Below are positions 56,118 through 57,315 of a stretch of 57,315 nt of DNA, one piece after another (positions within the stretch are counted from its first letter, which is position 1; every line of letters begins with the position of its first letter). The DNA comes from Methanobacterium sp. GTDB taxonomy: Archaea > Methanobacteriota > Methanobacteria > Methanobacteriales > Methanobacteriaceae. Both the position numbers and the translations under genes were made by a program. Below the pieces are notes generated by a model. The model was given only the letters and a program-made list of their open reading frames with translations. It was not told where the DNA came from and searched no databases. The stretch is from contig JAVSLV010000063.1 in the NCBI GenBank assembly GCA_039666535.1, positions 1 to 57,315 on the forward strand, written 5' to 3'.

Positions 56118-57017
56118 ATGGAAGCAGTGTTGAGCGTAAAAAATATATCAAAACAGTTTGGCAAGAATACGGTTGTAGATCAGGTGTCTTTTGATGTTTA
56201 TAGTGGCGAAATACTTGGTGTTCTTGGGCCAAACGGAGCTGGGAAAACTACTGTAATTAGAAGCATCATGGATATCATACGCCCGGATTCAGGAGAAATC
56301 AGCTTTAATTTTCAAGACAGCAACAACTTCTTGTCTCAAATAGGGTATCTGCCAGAAGAACGAGGTTTATATAAAGATGTCAGGGTGATGAATATATTAC
56401 TGTACCTTGCTCAACTTAAAGGATATCCAACAGATAGAGCGCAAAAAAGAGTGTTGGAATACCTGGACAAGTTCAATTTAAGAAACGCTGACAAAATGAA
56501 AATAAAGGAGCTTTCCAAAGGCATGGCGCAGAAAGTGCAATTTATCGGCGCTATACTTCATGAACCATCTATCTTGATTCTTGACGAGCCGTTTTCTGGT
56601 TTAGATCCTGTTAGTCAGGATGTATTTTCTGCAGAGATCAAAAATTTGGCAAGAACTGGCGTTGCGGTCCTGTTTTCTTCACATCAGATGAATTTAGTAG
56701 AAAATCTCTGTGATCGCATCTTTATGATTCATAAAGGGAAAAAAGTATTATACGATACTCTTTTGAGGGTTAAGCAAGAATTCGGCAGTTTTAAATGTGA
56801 AATTGTAAGCGAAAAAAACATCAAGGATGAATTTGTAAACTTTGAAGAAATCAAGAAGATAGAGCAAGAAGGCCCTCGCACAACGATTTATCTTAAAAAA
56901 GGCGTTGGTCCAGCTCAATTTATGCAAAAATTGCCTGCTGACATGTCTATTGAGGAAGTTACAATTAAGAGAGATTCGCTTCATGATATTTTTGTTAAGA
57001 CAGTGAGAGAAAGTTAG
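56118..57017 (+). CDS. ABC-2 type transporter ATP-binding protein (NatA/YhaQ-like)
   Basis: GPNGAGKTT, YLPEERGLY, LSKGMAQK, DEPFSGLDP and SLHDIF motifs. Confidence 0.9.
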   Translation: MEAVLSVKNISKQFGKNTVVDQVSFDVYSGEILGVLGPNGAGKTTVIRSIMDIIRPDSGEISFNFQDSNNFLSQIGYLPEERGLYKDVRVMNILLYLAQLKGYPTDRAQKRVLEYLDKFNLRNADKMKIKELSKGMAQKVQFIGAILHEPSILILDEPFSGLDPVSQDVFSAEIKNLARTGVAVLFSSHQMNLVENLCDRIFMIHKGKKVLYDTLLRVKQEFGSFKCEIVSEKNIKDEFVNFEEIKKIEQEGPRTTIYLKKGVGPAQFMQKLPADMSIEEVTIKRDSLHDIFVKTVRES

Positions 57018-57033
57018 CAAAGGAGGTTTTTCT

Positions 57034-57210
57034 ATGGCAGCGATACAGAATGACACAATTAAGGTTGCTTTGTGGGAAATTAAGAAATTAGCGTGGAACA
57101 AATCCTTTATTATTTCCCTTCTACTGACGCCGGTTATTTTGGGTTTATTTATGGGGCTTCCAGTACTTTTTGAAATGATTGAAGAGCCTACTACTGTTAT
57201 AACAATTTAA
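57034..57210 (+). pseudogene. ABC permease (NatB/YhaP-like) N-terminus interrupted by the IS end
   Basis: AAGGAGG RBS; MAAIQNDTIKVALWEIKKLAWNKSFIISLLLTPVILGLFMGLP... runs into the repeat at 57195 and stops after 58 aa. Confidence 0.8.
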
Positions 57211-57315
57211 TTATGGTGTACATTTATATGTATTGATTTGTATATATTATTATAGTGCTGTGCAAATGTTTTTATACTATGATCGTTATAATTTAATTTA
57301 TGGCTGGGAAAAAGG
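57191..57315 (+). mobile_element. Left end of the same IS element as at the window start; transposase ATG at 57300
   Basis: Reverse complement of 55-190 except one mismatch and an 11-nt indel; encodes MAGKK. Confidence 0.75.

Overview
AT-rich archaeal chromosomal segment from a hydrogenotrophic methanogen, most likely Methanobacteriales (Methanobacterium-like). The markers are cfbD, aksF, gatDE, archaeal ribC, thi4 and two conserved translation/transcription superoperons (rpl7ae-rps28e-rpl24e-ndk-aIF5B-rps6e-aIF2g-PIN-ppa-rpoE-spt4-dpck-rps24e-rps27ae-argH, and rnp4-yhbY-rps19e-PDCD5-rpl39e-rpl31e-aIF6-rpl18a-pfdA-ftsY). Both window ends carry the same IS630-like transposase start in inverted orientation, each next to a small foreign-looking cargo. 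The best candidates for novelty are: (1) a tusA-dsrE-iscS* operon whose desulfurase keeps its catalytic Cys but has lost the PLP Lys and several other PLP contacts; (2) a kinase-less, Mokosh-like PLD nuclease plus Upf1/DNA2-type helicase pair; (3) an unannotated 30-aa very basic ORF with a strong RBS after ftsY; (4) a leaderless cationic bacteriocin-like ORF with a candidate immunity protein; (5) an unannotated 7-Cys desulforedoxin-like peptide. Five genes are broken. I saw no rRNA, tRNA or CRISPR array. All product calls come from motif recognition by eye; no database searches were run.
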